A stretch of 63,854 bases of DNA, filler included, from Choristocarpus tenellus KU-1152 (GCA_964200185.2; 9 parts of 9 records of this genome joined end to end with filler, not necessarily neighbours in it); one strand, 5' to 3'. Positions 51,247-63,854 are shown, numbered from the whole stretch's first letter. The notes: generated by a model from the letters alone, not told the origin. Program-made: numbers and translations.

Positions 51247-51766
51247 CTGGACGGAGGGTGGGGTTACAAAAAGGTGGCACTCATGAAAATAAAAAATAGC
51301 GCAATCAAGAAATAATAGTTTTGCTTCAAAATATAAAAAAGCAATTTCAAGATATGCACAAATTGTACCATCAACTTGATATGTTCAAGGACATTACAAA
51401 TGTTCCCCCTGGGTATATCAACCACTCACTTAAAATTGACCCCAAAAGAACGATCTATCTCCAGACAGAATATATCTCCTCCTTTTCTAATCTTCCTACA
51501 ACTGCAATACAATTCAAGGCAAGGAAAACTGCCACATTACATTCAAGACTCCAGTTGGTGCAGGTCTAACACCCAAAGAGACCCAAGCAACATCCTTCCT
51601 CAACAAAGAAAGAAACGGCCAATATATCATGTTAGAAACAGGAGTATAATATTTTTGCGGTGTCATGGTTTGGCAGAGATCTACAGTCTTCACCAACTAC
51701 TCTTCAGTCACCTTTCACTTGCCTCCCTCTCGCCTTTTCACTCTTATTGCAGATCTTTGAGCTTGC

Positions 51767-53371
51767 TCACAGTGCCCTACCAGTGAATACAAGGAAAGAT
51801 GTAGTTGCCACGAATGCAATCGAGAGGAAAGCATAGTTTCCAACAAAACCACTTGCAGAATTTGTTCCTGGTGTGGTCGGGGCCACTGATGCCGACGTGG
51901 TTGTTTCTGGCGATGGAGTAGGAGTGACACCCACCACTGGAGCAGGTGTTCCAGGCGATAGGGTGGGAGTGACATCTGCTACTGGAGCAGGTGTTCCAGG
52001 CGATAGGGTGGGAGTGACATCTACTACTGGAGAAGGTGTTCCGGGCGATAGGGTGGTAGGGACACCCACTACTGGAGCAGGTGCAGTTGTGACTTGTGGT
52101 TCAATTGTCGTTATGATTGCAGGGGCAGGAGTTCTAAGCTGGCAGTCAAGGACCATTTACGACAGTTGGGAGACACGAGGTGAGGGAGGAGAGGGGAAGG
52201 TAGTATAAGTTGAGGAGGAGGAGGAGAACTCACAAGCATCAGTTATTGTACCTCAAATCACTAAACGCCGTTAGGTCACCAAATCATTCTCAGGTTTTGA
52301 GTCGGATGATCAAGTTCGTGCTCCTCTTCACACACGAAATACATATGGAATCGAAGGGGGAAATGGGTAGGGCACGCTTTGTGATTGATTTGTGTGTGGG
52401 TGATTGGTGGAGAGTTAGACAACAGCATCTGAGAAGCGCACCCACTTAGAGAAATGCACTCCTAAAGGACAATTTGAGACAGCTTCATCTAAACGTATGT
52501 ATCAATTAACCTAATCTTGTTCGACGCATCTTGTCTCTATTGCTTCACTCATTAGAATACCCCGTTACTCCTCCCTGCGTCCGCGAAGAGGCGAGCAAGC
52601 ACATGCAGGGTATCTACAACAGAAAGGGATTGCAACAATCGATGGCTGAGGTGAAGTGGGGTTAAGTGTCCTCGGATGATGTGTACCTATCACCCGATGT
52701 GGGACAAAAACAAAATGTCCATACCAACATTGGGTCGGGACACACAAATTTCCTTTTTCAGACCTCATTCAATCTCATCAAATAACCTCAAATAAACAAG
52801 GCTAGGGCAAATTATGCAAGGGTTGGAAGCAAAAGGCCAGCCTCGTAGTCACCCCCTTTTACTTCAAATAATTGTACTCACGATAATATCATCTTGGTCA
52901 TCCCCCGTGTTTTCGAACATTGAGGAACCATAGATGATGTCCACTGGGGGGTCGTCGTCATCAGTTGTCAAAATCCTCCTCGCAAACTGGCCATTATGTG
53001 AGGTCACCTTATAGGAGTCTGCTGCGAGCACGAACGAAAAACAGGAAGAGAGGTTCCAACGCATTTGGGATAGAATTCGTTGCTCCAGATAAGTGATGCC
53101 ATAGAAATTGAAAGCACAACAGGACTACAGAACATACACCGCGAGGAGAAGTGTAGAGGTAGGTCATTGAAAGTTGGCAGGTTGCAGGTAACAATCGTTG
53201 AGCGAAACACTCTTAACAGGTGGGACTGAAAGGATATTTGGAGTAGAACGTTTGTGAGAGAGGGTGGTGTTTTTCTCTGTTGATAGGCTCACCCTTTCCT
53301 TGCACATATTCGAATGAAACAGACAAGATCATGGTGGACACCATGAACACAAGGGAAATGGACGACTTCAT
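51767..53371 (-). CDS. Complete 3-exon, 195-aa secreted Pro/Thr-rich protein with a hydrophobic C-terminus (GPI-anchor-like; mucin/AGP-like)
   Basis: Exons 53293-53371 (signal peptide MKSSISLVFMVSTMILSVS..), 52882-53018 (acidic TDDDDPP..) and 51767-52138 total 588 nt in frame; ends NSASG + YAFLSIAFVATTSFLVF. Confidence 0.8.
51909..52088 (-). repeat. 4 x 45-bp coding tandem repeat (TPAPVxxVTPTLSPG)
   Basis: Units begin GGCGAT(A/G)G... every 45 nt. Confidence 0.9.
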
Positions 53372-55399
53372 TGTTCTGTGCGCTATCCAGTCGAAGACAA
53401 GCAGGTAATGGATGTGTAGTGGTTTGTAAAGTAGAGACACTCTTATACTCTTTTACTTCTACACCATCAAAAACACGATCAACGGCAAAACGGTGTGACA
53501 ATTCTTCTAATGTGAATACGTCGAACCATCTATGTATGTATATCTCCATATTTTACCCAACTATTCTTCTCTTTATGTATATAATTGAATATAGAACAGG
53601 AAGAAAAATATGGAGAGACCTAAGAAAGAGTTGTGGAGTGGTAATGATTACAAGAGACAATTCCATATATTGGATATTATAAGATTCACTAATGCTAATA
53701 TCTATTTGAAATTAAAATTAAAAAGTGGGAAAACCACAACATACAGCCACCATTTTTCCCTTAATATATATATTACAAAAAAAATCTTTCAAAGAGAAAT
53801 ATTGTGTTTACTTTAAAGTTGATTGTTGATATGACATATGGGAATGTGAAGAGAAGTTCGAAAAAGGAACCTCCAGTGGCACATCTCAAGTTGACACCCT
53901 CACCATCACTTTTTCCAATGAACCTCTTTTGGGATTTGGGTTATCTCTGGTTGAGATTCTTGACCAGCCATTATCGATTCAGTTGTGATGGTCATCAAAC
54001 GGACGGAACTCCACTTGATGTCAGAATCTCCATGGATTCATTTTCTCCTTGAGGTCCTCTCGAGTGAACCATATTCGTCCAGGATATGCTACAGTAGTAT
54101 TTCTTGACGATTGGGTTTTGTGTTGGTAATTGATTCAACTGGAGCATCGGAGATGGTATTGATATATCGTTCTGTTCCATTTCAAGTCAGGTCTGTCCAC
54201 ATACACCTTCCTCGTGGACTTATGTGTGCACTATCTTGTTGAGGTAGTCCTCGGACCATCATTCTTGCCTCCTCACTTCAGTTCCTATTCTCCTCAAGGC
54301 TATCATCACCACTCAGACTCAGAGATCCAAGCCTCACTTGGTACTGGCGTCGCTGGTAGGCCTGCTATTGTAAATGTATCTGATTTAGATTCAAACTATA
54401 TACCACCTTGAGCTGTCCTAGCCATCAGTTTCCCCAGCCACGGTTCCCTCACACAGAACACAAACAGTATCTACACCCCCTATGGCATTATTTCCTCCTC
54501 GTGGTACTACTGGAGAACTGCATAGTGGCGAGGTCTCCTTCTCCTCCTCTTTTCCGGCAGCACAAACCCCACAGACCTGCGCAGATACACACACACCACT
54601 GTAAATCATTTCCACCTGGTGCTGTAGGAGAACAGTGGCTACTACCTTTTGGAAATTTCCCTCCTCTTTCACCCTCACCACAGACTCCTCCTGGATGGTT
54701 ACACATCCAAGGCATGGAGCTGCTCAAGCACAACAGTGCTAATTAGTGGCAGATATTCTCCTTCTTCTCTTCTTCCTCCAACTAAACCTTCACAGGTTAA
54801 GCCAGGCATACCCCCTACTTGCTGTTATTTTCTTCATTGGACCTGCTGGGGCACACTTGGTACTTCTACCTGGTGGAGCTTCCCCTCATCTATTCCGCCG
54901 TGGTCCCCCAATTACCGATTCGCAGCATTGCACCCTGTACCCCATCCTACTGGACATAGAAGGTCGGGAGTAGCTCGTAATGGTTGTGGCAAGTATGTCA
55001 ATGGAGCACTTAACAGTATTATCACTCGACAAGATTGTAGTGGCATTTTCGTTCATGAAGTGGTGGTGTGTGCGATTCTTTTGGTGAGTGGAATGCAAAG
55101 CAAAAAATAATAACTGTAACAGGCGTACACTAAGAGGATGTGGTTGCTAGGAACACCCAGGAAAAAAAATAAGAGCATCTTCCCCACGTGTTCGTCTGAG
55201 GAACTGACATATATGCAGTAAGACTAACCCAATGCAGATCAAGCTCCCACCTTGGTTACTCTGGCTATATTGATTAGAATGCGGATCCCACACATCCCAT
55301 TGCAAACGTTTTCTACTTTCTAGGAGGAATGAACGGACTTTCCTTACCCCCATATGCCCACTTAGACCTTGAACAACACCTTCACTTTATCCAGTTGCA

Positions 55400-56340
55400 A
55401 AGAGGAAGATTTTTCGAAGGCGATTGCCTATAAATTCTACTTTCTGGCACGTCCAGAGGGGGCTCATCGCACTGGGAACAATGAGTGCAAACAGAGGGGC
55501 AAACAGTGCGAGACTGCTGACGGATATTTGCTTCCTGAGGATACAGAGTTCAAACCGACCGAAATATCCACGAGGAATACTCCTCTGTCTTGTGTGTGGC
55601 GAGGGTTGGGAGGAAAGGCAAGTACCCCCAAAGGAATCGTTCTGGAAAAGTGAAAAGATCGCATAGATCGCAGTCATGCAATCTAGGGCGAGAAAAAGAT
55701 CCTATCTACCTACAGTCTGGGGTGCATGGATTTCGTTTGAGAGTTCCTATAATCGTGTGTCAATGAAGTAAGGAGAAAACGTAAACAGTGCACAAATACC
55801 ACTACTAAAGAATCGCTTGGACGCAGAGAGGTATAAGAAGTTCATGATCGAAGATGTCATCCTGGCAATCAAGGCCCGCATGATTAGTCTAGAAGGACAT
55901 ATCTTCTTTGTAGAGAAGGATGGGGCAAAGCCACACACCAAAGGTCGGATCATGGAGGCAATGAGGTGGTGACGGGGGAAGACACTGTCATAGAGATCCA
56001 GCCAGCCAACTCCCTTGACCTCATCGCCAACAACCTGGGATTCTTTCATTCCATCCAGCAACTAAAGTAAGACCAACATAGAGGAGGTCGCAGAGGCCAC
56101 AGTGGAGGGGTTCAACATGTACCCTTGGGAGACACTAGAGCACGTCTGGCAGAGCCTCTTCATAGTCTACGGTGAAGTGCTGGGGTCCAAGGGTGACAAT
56201 GTGTTCGAAATTGCCTTAGCAAGGAAAAGGCTGAGAAGGTGAGCAAGTCCCCCTCAAATGCCCTGGTGGATGCAGCGAAATACTGTGCTGGAATGGAGTT
56301 TTGGAGGACTTCAGGGGCGGAATCATAGATAGGTGTAGGC
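55400..56340 (+). mobile_element. Second mariner-like transposase remnant, more decayed
   Basis: YLLPED, YKKFMIEDVILAIKARM, DGAKPH, QPANSLDL..NLGFFHSIQ, LEHVWQSL..V....GDN; same motif order as 27170-27972. Confidence 0.75.
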
Positions 56341-57049
56341 TACCCCAATTCGCTTGAGATTTTGGTGGGCAACCTTTTAGTGTCTGCACAATACACTCAT
56401 AAAAATCTTGATTCTTCATGGGGGTCGCTGAGTTGTATCTACGTTTAATTCCGAATGGAGGAAGAAGTGCTGAACTATTATTTGGTCTTCGGACTGAGTC
56501 TAGCTGTGTTTTGAATGTTTCAGTTTGTAGTGGAGTCAGAAGAGGCTTGTTATTACGTGTTTTGTTGATCTTGTGCTTGCTACTCCGAATTGTTAGCATG
56601 CTGGACTCTGGAGGTGTTCGAGATCTAGATCGAGTTTTGTGTTTACATATGTTGTTAGTATCGGGAAACCTATTCAAGTTATTCCACCATGTACTGCAAG
56701 CCTACCACGTGGAGAGTCCTCGCAGTGGTAAATTGAGTGTGGTTGTAGCGTCAAAAATGAACAAGTTAATTGACTGAGAGAGGTTTGGGACCCAAAATTA
56801 GCGAGAGGTACTCAGGGTTGAATTTAAAGAATGCTGAAAATTATGTGCAAAATTCGACCCTTTGGACAAACGCGTATAAACAGTGGATTTAAAAAATTGA
56901 GGATGGAGCGGGGCTATGAGGATGGTTGTTTTGCGAAAACGNNNNNNNNNNNNNNNNNNNNNNNNNNNNNNNNNNNNNNNNNNNNTTAATTAATTAANNN
57001 NNNNNNNNNNNNNNNNNNNNNNNNNNNNNNNNNNNNNNNNNACTTCTTG

Positions 57050-57930
57050 TGGAGGCGCTACTAACGGAAACAAAGTAACATCCACGCCGTTCCTTCCCAC
57101 ACACCAACCCTAAACCCACTACTTGTCGGTTCATGTAACACAAAGACGCTGCTGCCTTAACTGCATCGTGCAACTTGTGTGACTGTCACTTGCACGAATG
57201 AAGAGGTTGTAAGATAGACGCCTTTAAAGTAGCACAAACTCAATCATCACTTTACTTCATCCAGTACTCCAAAGGTGGAGATTCAATACTCCGCATCAGC
57301 CAGAAAGGTCTCTTCACTTCCTACTACTTCGTCAAGGAGCACTATATTAGCACATCCTCAGCCCCAAAATACATAGCCTACTTTCTTCGATCCCAGAGCA
57401 TAAGCACAAAACCACCAAGCCTTTCCTCACTTCGAAAATGTGCTCATCATCACACCTTGTTGATCTCCTCTGCCACAGGCTATGTACACCCTACACAAAT
57501 ATCAATTTTTATTTTCTTATTACACCAACCAGCAGTCACCAAGAAGTAAGCAACACACAAAACAACTATGCAATGATATTATTTCTCTTCATAGAGGTTT
57601 GACCCACACTGCCTTCCATAACCAACTAAGCAGTCTGTTCAGCAGTGGGTAGCAGGTTACTCAACCACCCAGTCCACAAGGCCTGTAGTCTTCTCCCAAT
57701 GACATAAGTTACAGCTCGAATATGTTCCAGGTTGTGTCCTCCAAACACAAACATGGATTTCCAGAGGATTAGATTGGTCGGTAGAACAATATGAGCTATA
57801 CCTCTGGCAGAATAAACCTTTCCTGTCTTACAACTCTCAGTTCCTCTCACATTTCCACAAAACAAAAACACTGCATTACCTGTCAATTTCATGTCTTGCC
57901 TACAAGAGCAGAAATCCACCACACCTTGCA
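57050..57930 (-). mobile_element. Decayed LINE RT C-terminal remnant
   Basis: FVFGGHNLEHIRAVTYVIG resembles the G..LE.V..F.YLG motif; downstream RLGGF; weak. Confidence 0.3.
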
Positions 57931-58114
57931 TTACCCTCCCCTTCCTTCTTCCTGACCACCCACATCAAAACCAACCTCTCAACCCTTCCCCCTGATGAAA
58001 AGGAGAAAACCCATGCATGCATCTGCGTGGTGACTACGCACCACCCCAAGTCCAATTTCATCACACACTTTGATCCAAATGTCTCCGCCCCTCTTCAGCA
58101 ATAAGGCGTATCAA

Positions 58115-59775
58115 TCACACACTATCACGCGACACCACCCCTCTCCCCTCCTCATCCCCCTCCCCATTAGCATTGCCATGATCATCCAAAAGTCGGAGAG
58201 ACAGATCAGGTCCCATCTCTGCTTCAAATACCATATCAGTCAGCATCCCACGACGAGAAGCAGTGCTAGTCTCCCTCTGCTGTACACCCCCCCCAGCGCC
58301 TCCACCACCCCTACGCCTCCACTGCCTCTGCTCAAGCCCCTGTCCAAATGCACCCCCCCCTTCCCCACTCCCACCCCCCCAACCCGCACTGCTCGCCCAA
58401 GAGGCTGGAGGAAGGAGAAGTTTGGGCGTTCGTTCATGCACAATGTGGACAAGCGCAGCAGCAAGGGCAAAAGAGAGCACCACTATCCAGGCCACATAGG
58501 CCGCATGATGGCGATTGTGGGGTTGGAGACCTGGACCTGGACCTGGATCCGGTCCAGGTCTTGGTCCTGGTCCAGGGCTGGGTCCATGAGCTGGACCGGG
58601 TCTCGGTGGGATATTGAGGTGAAGAGCTAATGCCTGAAAGAATCAATTCCCCATTGACATGGGGCAGAGGGGAGATGATGGAGGGTGGAGAGGCGGAGGG
58701 AGGTTTAACGGCAAGTAGGCAAGGGGGACATAACATTTGTATCAAAGATATATATGTATATAAATTAATGATGACATTAAGTCTCAACTGTAGGTAACGG
58801 GGCATGAAAAGCGGCATTCACAAAATTGGGTAGTCTGCGTACTATATTGCCTGGAGGATATTGCATTGAGTCAATAGGGCGTGACCTTCCCCACCCCTGC
58901 CGATCCTGACATCTATCTCTCAGAGGCTACATCTTATCAAAGGCAGGCAGCATTGTAAGAAGGGCCAAGATGAGTAAATGTCCTACTCTATATATAGTCA
59001 CTGCTAACACAGGGCTGGTTGCTGATTCTTTTTGTCTATGACAAGATGATACATTATTACTCCCAAAAATATTGTTGTTGATGATGGAGGGATTCAAAGT
59101 ACTACTCTACACCATTACCCTGGCCCGGTGATTGAAATTTGACCAATACCTGGAATCCTCAAGGCAAGTTCTCCTGAACATGAGGAGAAAAGGGAGGAGA
59201 GGTATGTGTAGTAAGGATAAGTATTTCAAGTGGATTAAATATTCCAGGTAACGTCGTAGGATACTCCTCGAATCGGAATAGTTCTTCGAGTACAACAACA
59301 GCTGCGACTTCCGAATCGAATATATATATATATATATAATGTGGGCACGCTTGAAAACAACAAGCCACACCAACTTTACACTGCAGCACCCAAGTCCAAT
59401 ATATCCCCACACAAGTATCTCGGTAATCGCGATCGTGGTCGGCAAGTACCAATTCAAGAAATACAACCACAACACATACCCTAACCCTGACACATAATAG
59501 TGGACATAAAGATCCCTTCAACATGACACACCACAATCTCACCACTACAAAATGTACACCCAATCCAGGGATAGCAAAAGAAGAGCGCGCAAAATGGAAT
59601 AATACGTATATATAATACATATACATACATATATATATATACATATATATATATGCGGAAACCTCACCTGGTAGTTCAGAGTGCCCAGTCCTGTAACAGG
59701 ATCCCACGATCCATCGTCAGAGCCCTTGTACCCTAGAGTGCAGCAGCTGAACCTCGAGCAGCGGTTGGCGCCAAC
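58115..59775 (-). CDS. 3' end of a sedolisin/tripeptidyl-peptidase-1-like (S53) protease with Pro-Gly linker, TM helix and tail
   Basis: Exon 59668-59775 VGANRCSRFSCCTLGYKGSDDGSWDPVTGLGTLNYQ (S53 terminal Ca-binding motif) splices in phase 0 to 58115-58633 (ALALHL..PGPGPRPGP..AYVAWIVVLSFALAAALVHIV..stop). Confidence 0.8.
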
Positions 59776-61062
59776 CTGAACAGATCACGGATGAACACAT
59801 TGGTCCAACATCACAATCCAATATTGATAAACCAAGGAGCAGAAACGACCACCGGAGGAAACTGTTTGTGGAGGTCAGCCCTCGTGTGAATGTTCCAAAC
59901 GTGTGGAACAAAGTGGTACTTGTTGTACCTAGTAGTATTACCGAGAGGGCAACGTAACTGCTGACAGCAAGGCTTGGGACGATGGGGGGATGGGGACACG
60001 CACGCAGGGAAAATACTTCCAAGGTTTTCCACTCCATGGCAGGCCTTTGAGGCTAGTATCGAGAAGTGATTACAAAGACATAGCACTGGTGTTGTGGTGG
60101 ATGTGCAACAAATAGGTGGGGGGGAGGCCACGATCGTCTGCCAATGAAAAGGACCACACAACAAACAACAAGTTGCATGGACTCCAACACTTCACAGAGC
60201 ATTCCCATGACATTAAAATACTGTTGATGTACTTCAAGGTGAGTCATATTCCCTGGCTCTAAGCCCACCAAACCTCAGCACAAATATGAACCTAATGAGA
60301 TTACAAAAGCAGTGCTACTACTAACTACACTGTTCCAAATACCACTATGTGTTCTTGAGTCTCTCTCGTCCATGATACTGCATGGTACACCAAGAACAGA
60401 ACAAATACCCACCCAAGCCAAACACTGTGCCAATACCACTCCACAGATCAAACACCAATCAACTCCTACTGCAAGGAGATTACTTACCCACTATTCCAGC
60501 ATCTGACCTACCTAACCCTAACCCTAACCCTGACGTATCAGTCGCAAGAGCAAGCGGGAACGCCGTTCGATTTGGCTATCTAGACTACAGCCCTAACCCT
60601 TAACCCTAACCTCTTCTCCCTGACTAAGAACAACCAATCCCAGTTGAAAGTCCCAACCATATCTTTGCCCCACACATCCACTACAACAAACTACAAAACC
60701 CATACAGTGTGCACAACTCAGTAGAAAAAAGCTAAAACACATTACGTTTTCACTCGAGATGATACCGTGCCATACCTCCCATGATGGCCCCAGNNNNNNN
60801 NNNNNNNNNNNNNNNNNNNNNNNNNNNNNNNNNNNNNTTAATTAATTAANNNNNNNNNNNNNNNNNNNNNNNNNNNNNNNNNNNNNNNNNNNNATTCCCC
60901 CCCTTTTCTTCTAATTAAAAAAAAAGGTGCTACCCCCCCCCCCCCCCCCTTGCCTAGTGCATGGGAAGGTTTGAGATTGGGAATGAGAGATGTGGGAATT
61001 GTGTTGAAACATTTTATAAAGCCTAGACTGAAGTGGGCGCAAGGGGGGGGGAGGGGGACTAG

Positions 61063-61308
61063 GTGACTCACAGGACATCTGCCTGTCTTTGTCCTTGCTT
61101 TTTTACAATGGGAGGGACATTGATGGAGGAGGGTATTTTTCGGGTAAGTCATACAAGGTAGATGTGCTGTGTGTAGTTACAGGGGACGGGTTGACTGTGT
61201 GACTCACAGAACGTCTGCCTGTGTTTGTCTTTGCTTTATGGTGGGAGGGACATTGAGGAAGGAGGGTATTTTTCAGTGGTATGTCATACAGAGTAGATGT
61301 GGTGTGTG
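61063..61308. repeat. Imperfect tandem duplication of ~110 bp (period ~136)
   Basis: GTGACTCACAG..CTGCCTGT..GGGAGGGACATTGA..GGAGGGTATTTTTC..GTCATACA..GTAGATGTG occurs twice. Confidence 0.8.
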
Positions 61309-61329
61309 GCTCCTTGGGTAGGTATAGCG

Positions 61330-62400
61330 GAGAGGTTGATCAGGACACTCAGTTGATGATGGTGTTTCAATGCATCATCTGGTCCTTTCTCTGCTGATGA
61401 CACAATCTGCATACTCGAATATGTAATGAGGGTAGATTTTCTGGTGATCTTAGGATAGCTTGGGTTGTCTTGCTACAACAAGCAACGCCATGACACAACT
61501 GTGGGTGGAATCAAATCTGATTGTCGTACACCTCATAGATATGACGAAATATCTGGTCTTGACATTTATCTCCTGCACCTGTTGGTAGTACTGCGTTCCC
61601 TTGTAATCTACTTCGTAGTTGCCTTGGCCGTTACTACTGTTGAAGTAGGTGTGATCTGCAGTGGAGCTTAGTCCGGAGGTGCATATACAACAGATAGTAT
61701 GAATGAATACCATCTACTCTTTGTGGACACAAGCATGTAAGAACAACCTGCAGCTCATTCCATCTGTTGTAGTAGCAGTTCAATATCTTCTATTCAGTCT
61801 GGGGACTATCCCAACCCATGGTTTGAGGCTAAACTGTGTACTGCACCATATTGCAGTACTTCCCTTCCTAAATGCTGTAATCACCTGTTGCACCATGACT
61901 ATTGAAGTTGTACAGCCTCTGTTGACGCCTTGCTTCCCATGTATTGGGTTCAGCCATCCATCCCACCTCTCATTGCTTCATCTTTCCCTATATTCTTGTG
62001 CTGGACGAGATGTGTGTAGGTAGTGCTTACTGTTATCGAAGGGCTTAGGTGATCAAAATCACATTTCCATGAAAATATGTAAGTGTATCTGCGAGGTTCT
62101 TCAATCATTCCCTTTCTGGAGTTATGTTGGTCTTGGAATTAATGTGTGCTCAGTCACGGCATGAGCCACACATTGTGATCTCTCATTTCATCCCCCCTCT
62201 TTGGGTAGTTCTCCCCAACTACCATGGATAACAGATCGTGCACATGATGAGATTGTTTCCGACAGTCAACATCGCATGGTGCCATCAGCACCTTACCCAT
62301 TGGAAAACACGCAATTCGCTCACATTGTCCCCAGGACACCATCCACACTCTCAGTAGGAACACTCACACCCAACACCCACATTTTGACCAAGTAAATTTA
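61330..62400 (-). mobile_element. Decayed LINE reverse transcriptase remnant
   Basis: KQGVNRGCTTS (GVRQGC-like) and INVKTRYF (N..KT-like) in order; many stops. Confidence 0.4.
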
Positions 62401-62989
62401 TATTTATATTTGCACCGAGCGTATAATAGGTAGGTTTCTATCCTGCCAGAGATCGTGTCTCTTACAGAAACCCCCCACCATCTCACTCAACCATGATTTA
62501 CCAAATTAAATAGCGGGCGGGAGAGGGAGTTACACTGACCACTTTATGACAATTAGAATAATTATTTCCCCTGTCTCCCTACAGTAAGTACCTGAACTTT
62601 GCACACAAAATGTGGTACTGAATTCCTCCTAAGACAGGACACCCCAACTCCCCTTACCTCAGCTGCAAGAAGCTCTACAAACTGGTGATATGAAGACAGT
62701 CTACTATGCTTAGTATGTTCACTATTTCATCATATTTCTCTGAGGTATCCCAGACCCATGGTTGAATAGGTGATCCAAAGAAGGTGATACACACTGCTTG
62801 AAAAAGGCAACAAGAACCATAAAAGAAAAATTATGAGCAGTGGAAGAGAAAATTAAAAAAGGCAGAATAGAACTTGCAGGAGAAAAACATCATCACCCCC
62901 AAGAAACACCCAAGGGGAAGGAAGAAAAGAAAAGGGACAAAGGATACAGCATAAATCAACTCAAAAGAAAACAGCACTCAGTAGGCAGT

Positions 62990-63702
62990 GATAGTGGCAA
63001 TGTTGGTGGCTTGGGCGACCTTAGCTACTGCTTTGGAGTGACATACATTGGGTATCACAGCTTCCTTGGAATTGCCATACAAGCATGAAGCTTTTTGTGC
63101 CGTGAATCACACATCTATACCACTACTGTTCGTCAGTGGCCTTGGCACTCCAACCCTCGACTTCAATCCTGAACTTATCGAGGTCATCTTGGAGGCATGT
63201 CCACCTTCCTTCCTTCCGTTTTCCATTCACAATCTCCTCAAACATCAATATCTTGGGCAGTTGTTCATCCTCCGTGTGAGCAACTGATCCAGCAAATGGG
63301 AGCCTACACTTGCACACCATCGCCTTGATACTCTCAAACCTAGTCTTCAGAAGAGTATCTTTGCAAGATAGGACTTCAACAATGCGTTCCCGGTTGATTG
63401 CGGAAACCTATGCAGCAGTGGAGGAATTTGTGGTGGTGGGAGCAGATCTTCAGATACTGAGCCTGGCATAGTGTCCACATCATACAACCATGTAACAGAA
63501 CTTCAGGCACTTTAGCTTTACGCACTCGAATCTTGAGCTTACTTGAGACGCTGGAGGTTCTTTCATAAAGCACTTGGTTATATTTACGAAAACAACTCCA
63601 AGCTTCTTGAATTCTACAAACCTATATGGGCAGTAAAAGTAGCATTGTCACTGATGGTTCCTTCAGTGTGAATAAGCGTATCAGTCTGCTTGTAGGTCTG
63701 GT
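62990..63702 (-). mobile_element. RTE-like LINE 3' remnant
   Basis: KLKIRV..VPEVLLHGCMMWTL, FAGSVAH..QLPKILMF..GKRKEGRW..L.DDL; typical RTE post-RT C-terminus. Confidence 0.75.
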
Positions 63703-63854
63703 GGCTCAAAGTATCTGCAGGGGGGGTGGTGGCTGTCCATTTGGGGCCCATTTTTCCATGTCGTGGTTTTCGGGTGATTTGGTTACATGTGTCGAATGGA
63801 TAATGTAAGTGCAATTCTCCTGGTCAGGCCCTGAATGGACACCCTGTTGTAGAT
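63703..63854. mobile_element. MITE-A, reverse orientation, runs off the window
   Basis: GGCTCAAAGTATCTG..GGCTGTCCATTTGGGGCCC...; reverse complement of the 41006-41184 interior. Confidence 0.88.

Noticed and set aside
53850-55100. Overlapping ORFs on both strands
   Set aside because: No splice-consistent model or recognisable motif; probably decayed TE, cannot be assigned
55578-55592. TACTCCTCTGTC resembling a mariner left TIR
   Set aside because: Lies inside the decayed transposase coding region and no matching right TIR was found
1-63854. tRNA, rRNA, CRISPR arrays or prokaryotic operons
   Set aside because: None recognisable by eye; a covariance-model search would be needed to exclude small ncRNAs

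Overview
Intron-rich eukaryotic DNA, most likely from a brown alga or close relative: it carries a mannuronan C5-epimerase, has introns of about 0.1-2.5 kb filled with TE debris, and shows scattered (TTAGGG)n motifs. The window is not one locus. It is nine contigs joined by eight identical artificial 100-nt linkers (N44-TTAATTAATTAA-N44), so nothing can be inferred from adjacency across linkers. The ORF track is mostly noise, so genes were rebuilt by hand from phase-consistent exons. Host genes: (1) a large Cys-rich, multi-TM receptor-like protein; (2) a single-chain DOMON + cytochrome b561 + cytochrome b5 + FAD/NAD(P)H reductase fusion, the most striking gene here; (3) a partial mannuronan C5-epimerase; (4) the last exon of a CaaX-terminated USP; (5) a complete 195-aa Pro/Thr-repeat, GPI-like surface protein; (6) the 3' end of a membrane-anchored sedolisin (S53). 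Mobile DNA: an intron-containing DUF7869/Sola-like transposase pseudogene, mariner, LINE and DIRS-like remnants, and about 17 copies of two related MITE families sharing AAAGTATCT termini. Three MITE copies have perfect 4-bp TSDs, and one of these forms a perfect AG|GT...AG|GT introner-like unit. Family assignments come from recalled motifs, not database searches.
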